Of a stretch of 64,000 nt of DNA, positions 55,174 to 64,000 are shown piece after piece. This DNA is from a bacterium (GTDB lineage: Bacteria > Acidobacteriota > HRBIN11 > JAKEFK01): the NCBI GenBank assembly GCA_022616075.1, contig JAKEFK010000048.1, positions 2,371-66,370 on the forward strand, given 5' to 3'. The number at the start of each line of letters is the position of its first letter. Within the stretch, counting starts at the first letter, position 1. The position numbers and the translations under genes are program-made. A model generated the notes under the pieces. That model ran no database searches, was not told the DNA's origin, and worked only from the letters and a program-made list of their open reading frames with translations.

Positions 55174-56685
55174 CTACTGAATCTGATACTTTGCCAACTT
55201 TTCATAAAACGCGCTTCGCGACATTCCCAGCAAATCCGCAGCCTTACTCTTATTCCCTAACGTGCTCTCCAGCGCTTTCAAAATCGCTTTTTTCTCAACC
55301 GTAGAAAGCTTCCTGTCGTCTTCTTCCGCGGGAGGAAGGAGCGGTAGATATTCCGATTCCAGAATCAAGACTCGCCGTATTTCATTGGCGAGCTGCCGAA
55401 CATTTCCAGGCCAATCATATTCCAGAAACTTCATCATAATTTCAGGAGGAAGCGGTTTAACCGGCTGTTGCAACTCTGCGCAAACGGTTTGCATGAAGTG
55501 ATCGATGAGAAGTGGAATGTCTTCCCTGCGTTCGCGCAAAGGAGGAAGGAGAATGTGAATGACATTCAAGCGAAAATACAAATCATTTCTAAATTTTCCC
55601 TGTTTGATCAACTCTTCAAGATCCTTATTCGTTGCGGCAATCATGCGCACATCCACCTTAATGTTTTCCTTACTCCCAACGGGCCGGAGCTCCCCTTCCT
55701 GCAGGATCCGCAACAGTTTTTTTTGCATCTCTTCGCTCATGTCTCCGACTTCATCAAGAAAAAGAGTGCCGCCGTCCGCAACTTGAAATAAACCGATTTT
55801 GTTTTCATCCGCTCCGGTAAATGCCCCTTTGCGATGGCCGAATAGCTCGCTTTCCAAAAGCGTATCGCTGAAAGCGGAACAGTTAATGGAAACCATCGGC
55901 TTTTCCGATCGCGGACCGAAGTGGTGCAAATATCTTGCGATCTGCTCTTTGCCGGTTCCGCTCTCGCCGGTAATGAGGACGCTTGCACTCGTGCCAACGA
56001 CCTTTTCGAGGATTCGGAAAATTCGCTTCATCGGCTGCGACTTACCAACGATCGTTTCCAGGCCGAAAACCTTCTTTAACTCGCGTTGCGTTTCGGCCAA
56101 CAGGTGCCTCATTTCGGCGAGATTTCCCGCCTGCACTTCCACGCGTTTCTGCAGTTGAGAGTTCAGCGACTCGATCTCCCGGTTCTTTTCTCGAACCTCT
56201 TCGAACAGTTTTGCATTTTCAATCGAGATCGAAACATAATTCGCGAGTGCTTTCATAATCTGCAAATGCTCTTCGGTTAGTGGACTCACCATGGAAGTTG
56301 AATCAATATAGATTACGCCCAGAAACGCATTCTCACGCTGAAACAAAGGAATGGCAATCGCGGACTTCAGTTGCAATTTGCGAACGCTCTCGGCATCGGC
56401 AAACTGCGCATCCTTTGTCAGGCGCGGAATGTAAACAGATTGCAGCTCTTTTCGCGCTTTTTCGATGACAGTTGTGGAACCGCTGAAATCCTGCTCCGTT
56501 AAGTCTTCTCTCGCGCTGTTGCGTCCTGCTTGAACGCTGAACTTCCGGTCTTTTTCATCGAGAACCACAAACGCACGGTCCGCGCCGGTCAAGTCCAGCG
56601 TCACGTCCAGCACGGCCGGAAGCAAATCGTCCAGTTGAAGCAGCGAATTTAAAGTTGCAAGGGACTCCAGAACTTTCGGAAGCAT
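55174..56685 (-). CDS. sigma54 enhancer-binding protein (GAF-coiled coil-AAA+-HTH)
   Basis: N-terminal GAF, GESGTGK, ESELFGHRKGAFTGA, LFLDEVG, WPGNVRQL, Fis-type HTH; no REC or FHA. Confidence 0.95.
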   Translation of the reverse strand: MLPKVLESLATLNSLLQLDDLLPAVLDVTLDLTGADRAFVVLDEKDRKFSVQAGRNSAREDLTEQDFSGSTTVIEKARKELQSVYIPRLTKDAQFADAESVRKLQLKSAIAIPLFQRENAFLGVIYIDSTSMVSPLTEEHLQIMKALANYVSISIENAKLFEEVREKNREIESLNSQLQKRVEVQAGNLAEMRHLLAETQRELKKVFGLETIVGKSQPMKRIFRILEKVVGTSASVLITGESGTGKEQIARYLHHFGPRSEKPMVSINCSAFSDTLLESELFGHRKGAFTGADENKIGLFQVADGGTLFLDEVGDMSEEMQKKLLRILQEGELRPVGSKENIKVDVRMIAATNKDLEELIKQGKFRNDLYFRLNVIHILLPPLRERREDIPLLIDHFMQTVCAELQQPVKPLPPEIMMKFLEYDWPGNVRQLANEIRRVLILESEYLPLLPPAEEDDRKLSTVEKKAILKALESTLGNKSKAADLLGMSRSAFYEKLAKYQIQ

Positions 56686-56699
56686 GTTCGATTATGATT

Positions 56700-57524
56700 C
56701 TACTTCTTCCGCTCGTTCAGATGCCAGTCATAATCGAGATAAACGACCTTTACAGCGTCCTTTTTTAGCGTTTCAGCAACCTCAGGTGACAGGTATTTAC
56801 TGCTGAAAGCAACAGGACCGGCCTGTTTTTTGGAATAGCGGGTGCGCCAACTTTCATCGGCGAAAGAAGCGAAATCTTCGGAAAACCAATCGAATATTTT
56901 CGAGAGCTCCAGTTTTTTCTGGCCCGAATTCCAACGCACCTTTGCGGGATTGTTAATGAAGTCTCGCGCAGCAGTCTCTAACTGTTCCTGGAGTGCGCTT
57001 GCGCGAAAGGGCTCGGAACGCAATGCGGGACAACCGATCGAAGCGCAAACGATAGCGAAATGGATTCGCGGTTCTTTAAAGATCGGCCGAAGAATTTTGT
57101 GTTCTATATCATTCAAAGACACTTCCCGGCCCGCGGAGCGTGTTTTGATGTTGTCCCAAATGCCCGAAATTCGCTGCACGCTGTTATCCGGGTACAATAC
57201 GCCGAGCAATCTTCCTCCACGAATCGGGTAGCGGTCGATTACAATCTGCAGAAACCAGCCGTTGTATGCGTTGATCCAAAAAGCCAGCTGCTGATCGCGT
57301 GACCAGTCTTCGTACTCATTCGTTGTAACCGCGCCGAGCTGTCTCACAAATTGATCGATCCCTTTTCTGTCCTTTTGAAGAGCCGCGTAATCCACAAGAC
57401 CATCCTTTACGTTGGCCTTCAGCACTTCACCATAGTCTCGGTATTCATGATCAAACGCGGAAGCGCTGCTGCAAAAAATAATGAAAGTAAGGAGCAGGAA
57501 CCTGTGGTATATCATAAGTTTCAT
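56700..57524 (-). CDS. DUF547 domain secreted protein
   Basis: GLVDYAAL, LAFWINAYN, SLNDIEH.ILR, EPRIHFAIVCASIGCP, YDWHLN. Confidence 0.92.
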   Translation of the reverse strand: MKLMIYHRFLLLTFIIFCSSASAFDHEYRDYGEVLKANVKDGLVDYAALQKDRKGIDQFVRQLGAVTTNEYEDWSRDQQLAFWINAYNGWFLQIVIDRYPIRGGRLLGVLYPDNSVQRISGIWDNIKTRSAGREVSLNDIEHKILRPIFKEPRIHFAIVCASIGCPALRSEPFRASALQEQLETAARDFINNPAKVRWNSGQKKLELSKIFDWFSEDFASFADESWRTRYSKKQAGPVAFSSKYLSPEVAETLKKDAVKVVYLDYDWHLNERKK

Positions 57525-57557
57525 TTTACTGGAGATAGATCTCCTTTTTTAGTCGCA

Positions 57558-59255
57558 ATGAAGAAAACTTCTCTCATACTTTTGTTGCCTCTGGTCGCAA
57601 TTTTATTCATCGGCTCTCAGTTTCGGCGAAAACCGAAACAAGTTGAGCTGACTCGATTTGTCTCTGATCGCATTCTGATCCAGTATGTTCCGAACGACTA
57701 TTTGTCCGCAAATATAGAAAAGCTTGCCACAAGACTGGAGGCAAACCTGCAGGAAGCGGAGAAATTAATAGGCAAACTGCTGGACAAACAGCTGAAGGTC
57801 TATCTTTTTGGAAACTGGGAGGAGAAAGGAAACTACATCAATGATGTCCGGCTGGCCCATGCAGATCCCGGAGAGCGGGCTATTTATTGCATCGTCAATG
57901 ACGAATGGGACGGCATCGCGGAGCGTTTCGAGTTTCAGGTCGTTCTTCAAAATGCAAACGGTGAACCGTTCCGTCCGGAATGGGGAGAATTCAGCTCCAG
58001 CGCGCTCGCCGGAGTCTGGTTCCAAAGAAAGCTGGATGATTGGGAGATTTTTCTGAAGGCACGCGATTTGTTGCCACAGTTCCCGGACCTGTTTACGGAT
58101 CGACAAACCAGCCGTTTTGTGCGCTATCCATGGAATGCTTCTCTCGCGAGATTCCTTGTGCAGGAATACGGCCTGCCGGCAATGATCCAACACTATAAAA
58201 ATGGCGAGCTTCCAGCCGATTATGCTCAAAGATGGGAACAGAAATTGAGAAGCGTTCCACTGGCGAAAATCGAACCTTACGTATTCTCGACCCGCTTCCA
58301 AAAAGGAATGACTTACGCATACACGAATAGCTACGAAGGTGGCTACGCTACAAGAAAATCTGAACAATCGCTGGATGAACTTCAAGATTTAGGCGTGGAA
58401 TGGATTGCGTCCGTGCCTTACGGTTTCATGCGTTCGAATCATGCGAGCGAAATAGGCTACCCCGGCCATCACATTGCAGGCGAAAATGACGAGAGCCTCT
58501 GGGCTCTGGCCGAAGATGCGAAGGCGCGCCGGATCAAAATCATGATGAAACCACAGATCTGGATCAGTCATAATTCCTGGCCGGGAAGAATTGATTTTGA
58601 TTCCACGGAAGGCTGGAATCGCTGGCTGAACAACTACGAGAAATGGATTGTGCACTATGCAATCATCTCAGAACTAACCGGAGCTGATCTGCTTTGCATC
58701 GGGACCGAGTTTGTTCAGGCCACGTTGAAAAATCCTGATCGCTGGCGCTCGATCATTCAAAAAATCCGAAATGTTTATCATGGTCCGCTTACGTACGCGG
58801 CAAACTGGGGGCGTGAGTTCGAGGAAATTCCGTTCTGGGATGCGTTGGATTACATGGGATTGGACAACTACTACGCGGTTCGAACTTCCGAAGACCATGG
58901 AGTTTCCGAGATGAAGTCAGGTTTCGCAAAACAAAAGGAAAAGCTACAAGCCTATTCCTTTCGTTTTTGCCGTCCTCTGCTCTTCACCGAAATCGGTTAC
59001 ATGGCGAACAGCAAAGCCGGCATGGGAACGAAAGAATTTGAAGCGGACGAATCCGATTATGACGAACAGGCGCAGGAAGCCAGTTATCGCCTTGCACTGG
59101 AAACGTACTGGAATGAGCCATGGTTCGCCGGAATGTACTGGTGGAAATGGTTTAGCGACCCGGACGATCGCGGCAGATCCGCAGACACGCACTCGCCCCA
59201 TGACCGGCCCGCTGAAAAAATTGTTGCAGAATGGTACGGGAAAAAAAGGTCTTGA
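57558..59255 (+). CDS. GH113-like TIM-barrel glycoside hydrolase with an N-terminal extension
   Basis: IMMKPQIW, IGTE, LTYAANW, FWDALDYMG..Y, LFTEIGY, GMYWWKW; start moved to the ATG at 57558. Confidence 0.82.
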   Translation: MKKTSLILLLPLVAILFIGSQFRRKPKQVELTRFVSDRILIQYVPNDYLSANIEKLATRLEANLQEAEKLIGKLLDKQLKVYLFGNWEEKGNYINDVRLAHADPGERAIYCIVNDEWDGIAERFEFQVVLQNANGEPFRPEWGEFSSSALAGVWFQRKLDDWEIFLKARDLLPQFPDLFTDRQTSRFVRYPWNASLARFLVQEYGLPAMIQHYKNGELPADYAQRWEQKLRSVPLAKIEPYVFSTRFQKGMTYAYTNSYEGGYATRKSEQSLDELQDLGVEWIASVPYGFMRSNHASEIGYPGHHIAGENDESLWALAEDAKARRIKIMMKPQIWISHNSWPGRIDFDSTEGWNRWLNNYEKWIVHYAIISELTGADLLCIGTEFVQATLKNPDRWRSIIQKIRNVYHGPLTYAANWGREFEEIPFWDALDYMGLDNYYAVRTSEDHGVSEMKSGFAKQKEKLQAYSFRFCRPLLFTEIGYMANSKAGMGTKEFEADESDYDEQAQEASYRLALETYWNEPWFAGMYWWKWFSDPDDRGRSADTHSPHDRPAEKIVAEWYGKKRS

Positions 59256-60520
59256 AACGCTTACTCCCGGTCTCTTCCGTACTACTAATATCGTACGTAA
59301 TCCTGGGGGTAATTGGGAACTGGAACGCAAACATTCCGCTCTTCCTTTCTGTTAACTTGTTCTGCTTTGCAGTCTATGGAGTGTGCGTTTACTGGCTTTT
59401 CCAGGGCCGGCTTGAAGGCGTATCCGCGCTATACATTCTCGTTCCTGCTGTATTCTTCCGGCTTGCCGTTCTAGGGTCCGAGCCGAGTCTGTCCGAAGAT
59501 TTTTACCGTTACCGCTGGGACGGCCGGGTTCAAGCAGCAGGACACGGACCCTACGACTTCCCTCCGCGCGCAGTTGAACTGCAACCGCTGCGCGATGAAT
59601 ATTACGATCGTATCAATCATAAAGAGTTTCGAACTCCTTATTCAACAGTTGCCGAAACTCTTTTCTATCTGTTTGCGAGAATCTCTACCAATATTGTTTT
59701 ATTCAAATCCTTTCTTGCGATTTTCGATCTAATCCTGCTGGAAATCATTCGAAGGTTGCTCCAAAAAGAGAATAAAAGCGCGGCATGGCTCTTGATCTAT
59801 GCATGGCATCCACTTCCGATCATTGAATTCGCCGGCAGTGGACACATGGATATCATTGGAATCTCGTTGTTATTTCTTTCGTATTTACTGCTGTACCATC
59901 GCCAGACCGCGCTATCGGGGATCACTTTTGCAACGGCAATTCTAACTAAGTATTTACCCGCGCTCGTCCTTCCATGGCTGCTCAAACAGGGGAAATGGAA
60001 ATTTTTGATTGCCGCCGGCGCTGCAGGTCTTCTGCTGCTTCTGCCTTACTATTCCTCCGATTGGAAAATGTTTTCCGGTGTTCTGACTTATTACAAAAAA
60101 TGGCGGTTCAATGATTCCTTATTTGGCTTTTTATACGACTGGCTCGGTGGGGCGGAACCCGCGCGAATGGCAGGGATGCTTATTACTGTGTTGGCGGCTG
60201 GATTCTGTCTCGCAGCCAGGCTTTCGTTTTACCGGTCTGCGTTTATTGTATTTGGAGCTGTGATTCTATTTTCGCCCGTTGTACATCCCTGGTACTTGTG
60301 CTGGATATTGCCGTTTCTGGTTTTTCATCCAAACAAACCCTGGCTATTCTTATGCGGATGGATAATTCTTTCATATCTCGTTCGGCATCTGTACCCGGTT
60401 GGTGTATGGAAGCCGGTCCTATGGTTGAAGTTGCTGATTTATCTCCCATTCTATGCTTTCCTTCTAGTGGATGGTTTGAAAGCGTTGTGGTGCGGGCGAC
60501 TCGCCCGCCAGTTACGATAG
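59231..60520 (+). CDS. GT-C fold membrane glycosyltransferase (GT87/DUF2029-like)
   Basis: LSEDFYRYRWDG, YAWHPL..E.AGSGHMD, VVHPWY; many TM segments. Confidence 0.85.
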   Translation: MVREKKVLKRLLPVSSVLLISYVILGVIGNWNANIPLFLSVNLFCFAVYGVCVYWLFQGRLEGVSALYILVPAVFFRLAVLGSEPSLSEDFYRYRWDGRVQAAGHGPYDFPPRAVELQPLRDEYYDRINHKEFRTPYSTVAETLFYLFARISTNIVLFKSFLAIFDLILLEIIRRLLQKENKSAAWLLIYAWHPLPIIEFAGSGHMDIIGISLLFLSYLLLYHRQTALSGITFATAILTKYLPALVLPWLLKQGKWKFLIAAGAAGLLLLLPYYSSDWKMFSGVLTYYKKWRFNDSLFGFLYDWLGGAEPARMAGMLITVLAAGFCLAARLSFYRSAFIVFGAVILFSPVVHPWYLCWILPFLVFHPNKPWLFLCGWIILSYLVRHLYPVGVWKPVLWLKLLIYLPFYAFLLVDGLKALWCGRLARQLR

Positions 60521-60560
60521 CGCATAGAGTTTGCTTTGCGCAGACGAGACCTCCGCACCA
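60488..60560. repeat. family A-related palindrome overlapping a CDS 3' end
   Basis: TGGTGCGGGCGACTCGCCCGC...GCGCAGACGAGACCTCCGCACCA; shares GCAGACGAGAC with family A. Confidence 0.65.
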
Positions 60561-60563
60561 GAT

Positions 60564-61568
60564 TCATTTTCTATGATGCTTTGCTATTTCTTCTTTGCTC
60601 AGGCGTAGAAATCGAGCCGCATTGTTGTAGAGGATGTCCCGTTTTTGTTCTTCACTTAGAAAATCCGCTGTGTTAATTGCGTCAATTGCGGACTCGATCG
60701 TTTTTGGCCAATTCATTTGATCAGAACCGAACATTACACGCTTCTCAAAACCCGCTTCAACAATGCGTTGAAGGTACCTGTGAAACTCTTTGCGCGGAAG
60801 AACAAAGCTAATGACGCCGACATCGATATGAACCTGTGGATGAGCCCAGAGAACCGCAAGCAAGTCATCCAGCATTGGCCACCCGGCGTGCATGATGTAC
60901 ACGCGAAGCTTTGGATGCTGAAGAAGCGCTTCTTCCAGCACAAGCGGACTGTGCAGACGCGCGCGATAATTCTGCATACCGGGAAGATACGCCGCACCCG
61001 GTGGACCTGTGCCGATATGGATTCCGACCGGAACATCCAGTTCCTCGGCCACGGTCAGATACGGCTGGAACATCGGATCGCTTGGCGAAATGCCATCGTA
61101 TTGAATCGACACTTCCGCAAATACCTCATATCGCTTTTCCGCAAACAATCTGCGAACTTCTGCAGGTGTGGGAACACTCGGGTTCAGTAGACCAAACTCC
61201 AAAGCAGGAATGATTCGTTCGCCTCCTGCCTTCTTCCAGTTTTCGATCAAGGGGCCGCTGGTTACAGCATAAATGTTTCGGCGTTCGAGTATTTCCAGAG
61301 TGTCCTTCAAAACACCTTCATCTGTTTCCGGTCCCCAGATCGGATTTTTGCACGGTGGATTCTTCAGCCATCCCATGAAAGTTTCCGTCCAGCTCATGGC
61401 AGGATCCTGCAACGGAATCTCTGAAAGCGGCGCGCAAATCGCCAGGGGCGGCGGACCATTTCCATCCGCCGGGGATGCATGCAGATGCATGTCAATGATG
61501 GGTTCGGGAACCTCTCCTGACGCTGCGTAGCAGAAACAGACAAAAACGAATGCAACCATAATTTTCAT
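60564..61568 (-). CDS. secreted amidohydrolase family protein (Amidohydro_2)
   Basis: Signal peptide, IIDMHLH, IHIG, MHAG, MFGSD, NAARFL. Confidence 0.9.
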   Translation of the reverse strand: MKIMVAFVFVCFCYAASGEVPEPIIDMHLHASPADGNGPPPLAICAPLSEIPLQDPAMSWTETFMGWLKNPPCKNPIWGPETDEGVLKDTLEILERRNIYAVTSGPLIENWKKAGGERIIPALEFGLLNPSVPTPAEVRRLFAEKRYEVFAEVSIQYDGISPSDPMFQPYLTVAEELDVPVGIHIGTGPPGAAYLPGMQNYRARLHSPLVLEEALLQHPKLRVYIMHAGWPMLDDLLAVLWAHPQVHIDVGVISFVLPRKEFHRYLQRIVEAGFEKRVMFGSDQMNWPKTIESAIDAINTADFLSEEQKRDILYNNAARFLRLSKEEIAKHHRK

Positions 61569-61593
61569 TGTGAGCCTCCGTTTCCTAATACGA

Positions 61594-62259
61594 TTAGATG
61601 AGATTTAAAATATCATCGATATTTTCGAGAGCGCGGCTGTAGAGACTGTCTCTGCTAAAGTTTGGCCATCGTTTGAGAAACCAGAGTGCCTGGAAAGCCC
61701 GAATTCCCGCTTCTTCCGCGCCAACAAGTTCCTGCATCCCATCGCTTATGAATAGAGTAGCATCTTGTTCGACAGCAAGCCGACGGCAGGCCTCTGCATA
61801 TATCTCCGGACCTGGCTTTGCCAGATGAACTTCAAAAGAGAAAGCAGTGGCGTCAAACTCAGACGCGAGCGAACTTGTGTGCCATGCCGTTACATCTTCA
61901 GCGAAACAGTTACTGACAACACACATCCGGATGCCGCGACTTCGAAGCTCGCGCAGCAATGCCAGTACTTGAGGTTGGATTTCGCTAAAAGACTGTGCCT
62001 TCTCTCGAATCCTTGCATTACGGATTCGGTCCAGTAGAGAATTTTCGGCAGGATGTTTCAGAGTTGTTGCAATCTCAGCAAGTGCGCGCGAAAACGAAAT
62101 CTGCCCAAGTAGAACGTTCGAGCGACGCACTTTCCATTCAGCGCGGAACGCAGCGGAATCTACACCGAGATCGAAACCAAGAGACGAAGCAGGTGTTGGA
62201 TTCTGGCCGTATTCACTGATCAGTGTCTCAAATAAATCGAAGAGGATCCCTTTAATCAT
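61594..62259 (-). CDS. HAD-superfamily hydrolase
   Basis: LFDLFETL, VSN, AKP.PEIY, FISD. Confidence 0.85.
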   Translation of the reverse strand: MIKGILFDLFETLISEYGQNPTPASSLGFDLGVDSAAFRAEWKVRRSNVLLGQISFSRALAEIATTLKHPAENSLLDRIRNARIREKAQSFSEIQPQVLALLRELRSRGIRMCVVSNCFAEDVTAWHTSSLASEFDATAFSFEVHLAKPGPEIYAEACRRLAVEQDATLFISDGMQELVGAEEAGIRAFQALWFLKRWPNFSRDSLYSRALENIDDILNLI

Positions 62260-62520
62260 CAACTCTTGTTAACGAATCAGGACCATTAGTCGGCTGGAAC
62301 TATCAACATTCGAAACGCAGGTGTTCTCCGCTCGAACGGCTTCGATAGCCATCTTTGTAAGCATCCAGAATGATCGAGGTGTAATTTAGCGCTCCATCAT
62401 TGTTTCTTTCATCAAATCTCGTGATCTAGCAATTCTTCCGTCTTCTGGGCTCCAGTCTACGAAATGAAAGTTACCTTCCGAGTCGAAGTACTCCAGCAGA
62501 TAATTATGACTTGCTTCATG

Positions 62521-63711
62521 TTATCTGTCGCGCAATGGGGAATAAGGCTTTTTGAGAAACTTCTTCGCCATGTCATGGGAATCAAAAACATCTTTTCTTT
62601 TTAGAACAGTTTGGTACTCGAGTCGTGCCTCATCCCGCTTGGCAAGCGCATCCATGGATTTTCCCGCATTTAAGTGCGCAAGCGTTGCGAGAGCAGGAGG
62701 CGCTTTCTTTGAGTTGTATGCTGCCACAAACTGCTCATACGAATCTTGCCAGCGGTCCGCATCCGAAAGCATGGTTCCATACTGATAGTGAATTAGATCC
62801 GGAATGTACGAACTCGAATCGGGATCCTGAAGCAGCAGATCAAATTCATGCGCGCTTTCGGAAAACTTTCGCAACTGACCTAAAGTCATTGCCCTTTCCA
62901 AACGAAACAGTGAATTCTTTGAATAACGTTGAACCAGTTGATCCAAAGTTTTCAGAGCGTCTGCAATCCGTTTCTCCCGGTTATACAACATCACCAAAAG
63001 CACTTTGCCCTCATCCTTCGCGTAGTTTCCCTCTTTCGCAACTTTTTCCAGCATGGCAATCCCATCCTTCTTGGAACCGCGAACACCACCTATAAAAGCC
63101 AGCACCTTGACCGCCAGAGGCAAACTGCCCACTACGTAGTTGTACATTCCAACAGATAACTGGGCATCGATGCATGTCGGGTCCTTTTCCATAATTTCCC
63201 TGTGAAGTCCCACTCCCTTGGAACCGTTCCTGAGCGCCGGCAAAAAGCTCCTTTTCACTGTTGCCTCATAGCCGGCAACAATGTTCTTCGCAACACCAAG
63301 AAAATAAAGAGAAGGAATATCTTTCCTTCGCGTTTCTAACCGGTTTTCGCAAAGTGAAATACCTTTATCGACTTCCTGCCGAAACGCCTTGTCAATCTTT
63401 GGATCGACTGCATCCTCAGTTTTGCTAAAAAAGGAATTGCCACGGTTGTAGATATTCGTCTGCAACCGCCGCAACTGCGCAAGATGGCCCAGCCAGATTG
63501 TGTTCGCCATGTAAACATGTCCTGCGGGATGCTGCGGGTCCAGATCAATCATTTTCTGAAAACCAGACCGCGCGCCGTCGTAGTCCATATTGAACAATGC
63601 ATCGACACCCTGGTTGCGAAACGTTTCCAGTTCCGGAGAAAGAAGAACGGTGGAAGCGAAAGAAGGACTTACGAGGAGAAACAAGAATAGAATCGAGAAA
63701 CGATAAATCAT
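62521..63711 (-). CDS. secreted TPR-like protein
   Basis: Signal peptide MIYRFSILFLFLLVSPSFA, all-helical repeats; start moved to 63711 because the longer ORF runs through repeat DNA. Confidence 0.8.
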   Translation of the reverse strand: MIYRFSILFLFLLVSPSFASTVLLSPELETFRNQGVDALFNMDYDGARSGFQKMIDLDPQHPAGHVYMANTIWLGHLAQLRRLQTNIYNRGNSFFSKTEDAVDPKIDKAFRQEVDKGISLCENRLETRRKDIPSLYFLGVAKNIVAGYEATVKRSFLPALRNGSKGVGLHREIMEKDPTCIDAQLSVGMYNYVVGSLPLAVKVLAFIGGVRGSKKDGIAMLEKVAKEGNYAKDEGKVLLVMLYNREKRIADALKTLDQLVQRYSKNSLFRLERAMTLGQLRKFSESAHEFDLLLQDPDSSSYIPDLIHYQYGTMLSDADRWQDSYEQFVAAYNSKKAPPALATLAHLNAGKSMDALAKRDEARLEYQTVLKRKDVFDSHDMAKKFLKKPYSPLRDR

Positions 63712-63740
63712 CACAGTAATTATATTAAGAAGCAGGCTAA

Positions 63741-63867
63741 AAGCCTGCGGCCCGTAATGGAGGCTGGAAGCCGAGGTTGTTGAAAAATCAATTGGAGCGC
63801 GGACTTCCAGTCCGCAAAAACGTGTTTGCTCGACAAGCATTTTGCGGGCAAGATGCCCGCGCTCCCA
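63741..63867. repeat. family C repeat cluster
   Basis: GCCTGCGGCCCGTAATG is the exact reverse complement of 35383-35399; a full palindrome follows at 63793-63867. Confidence 0.8.
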
Positions 63868-64000
63868 CTAGAGGACCGCCCGCGATCTGGATTTTTCAAC
63901 AACCTCAGCCTGCGCTCCATAGCAGCGCAGACGCCTTCGGTCCATTATAATCATTCAAGATGGACTGGCGGGAGCGATTTGGAGTCCCAGAAGGACTACA

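Noticed and set aside
62263..62520. Possible small gene between the TPR and HAD genes
   Set aside because: Only a start-less 44-codon minus-strand frame (HEASHNYLLEYF...) with no recognisable family
63712..63840. Long N-terminal extensions in the ORF track (also 14444-14518, 3325-3405, 57351-57557, 40483-40623)
   Set aside because: They run through repeats, promoters or neighbouring genes; downstream starts fit signal peptides, domain boundaries or coupling better
1..64000. Many short overlapping ORFs, and tRNA, rRNA, transposase, integrase, prophage or defence genes
   Set aside because: The short ORFs are antisense or off-frame shadows of well-supported genes; no motif for the other classes was recognised by eye, though covariance-model and HMM scans would be needed to exclude them

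Overview
Bacterial chromosomal segment, probably Acidobacteriota (inferred from a GWxTD-family protein next to a carboxypeptidase-regulatory/TPR protein, a DUF4388 protein, membrane Ser/Thr kinase-TPR proteins and many GTAG-type REP palindromes). Housekeeping and metabolic genes (glgC, thiL, larE-like, lepA-lepB, a CBS/cysteine synthase, a BtuFCD-like ABC importer, peroxiredoxin, TlpA, SDR) are mixed with a dense set of signalling genes. These are three histidine kinases, two sigma54 enhancer-binding proteins, two Ser/Thr kinases, an ECF sigma/anti-sigma pair and a MocR regulator. The strongest non-obvious signal is four sigma54 (-24/-12) promoters, each preceded by a pair of 17-bp TGT-N11-(A/T)CA boxes spaced 20-22 bp apart. 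The boxes fall into two sequence classes that map next to the two enhancer-binding proteins. One class drives a cassette of secreted proteins plus a membrane Ser/Thr kinase that faces a GAF-type activator with no receiver domain, suggesting kinase-linked sigma54 signalling. A 5-kb stretch (28.0-32.5 kb) holds three reading-frame lesions, and a DUF4242-like gene is truncated at half a repeat. No rRNA, tRNA, CRISPR array, transposase or prophage was recognised. All protein family calls come from motif recognition by eye, not from database searches.
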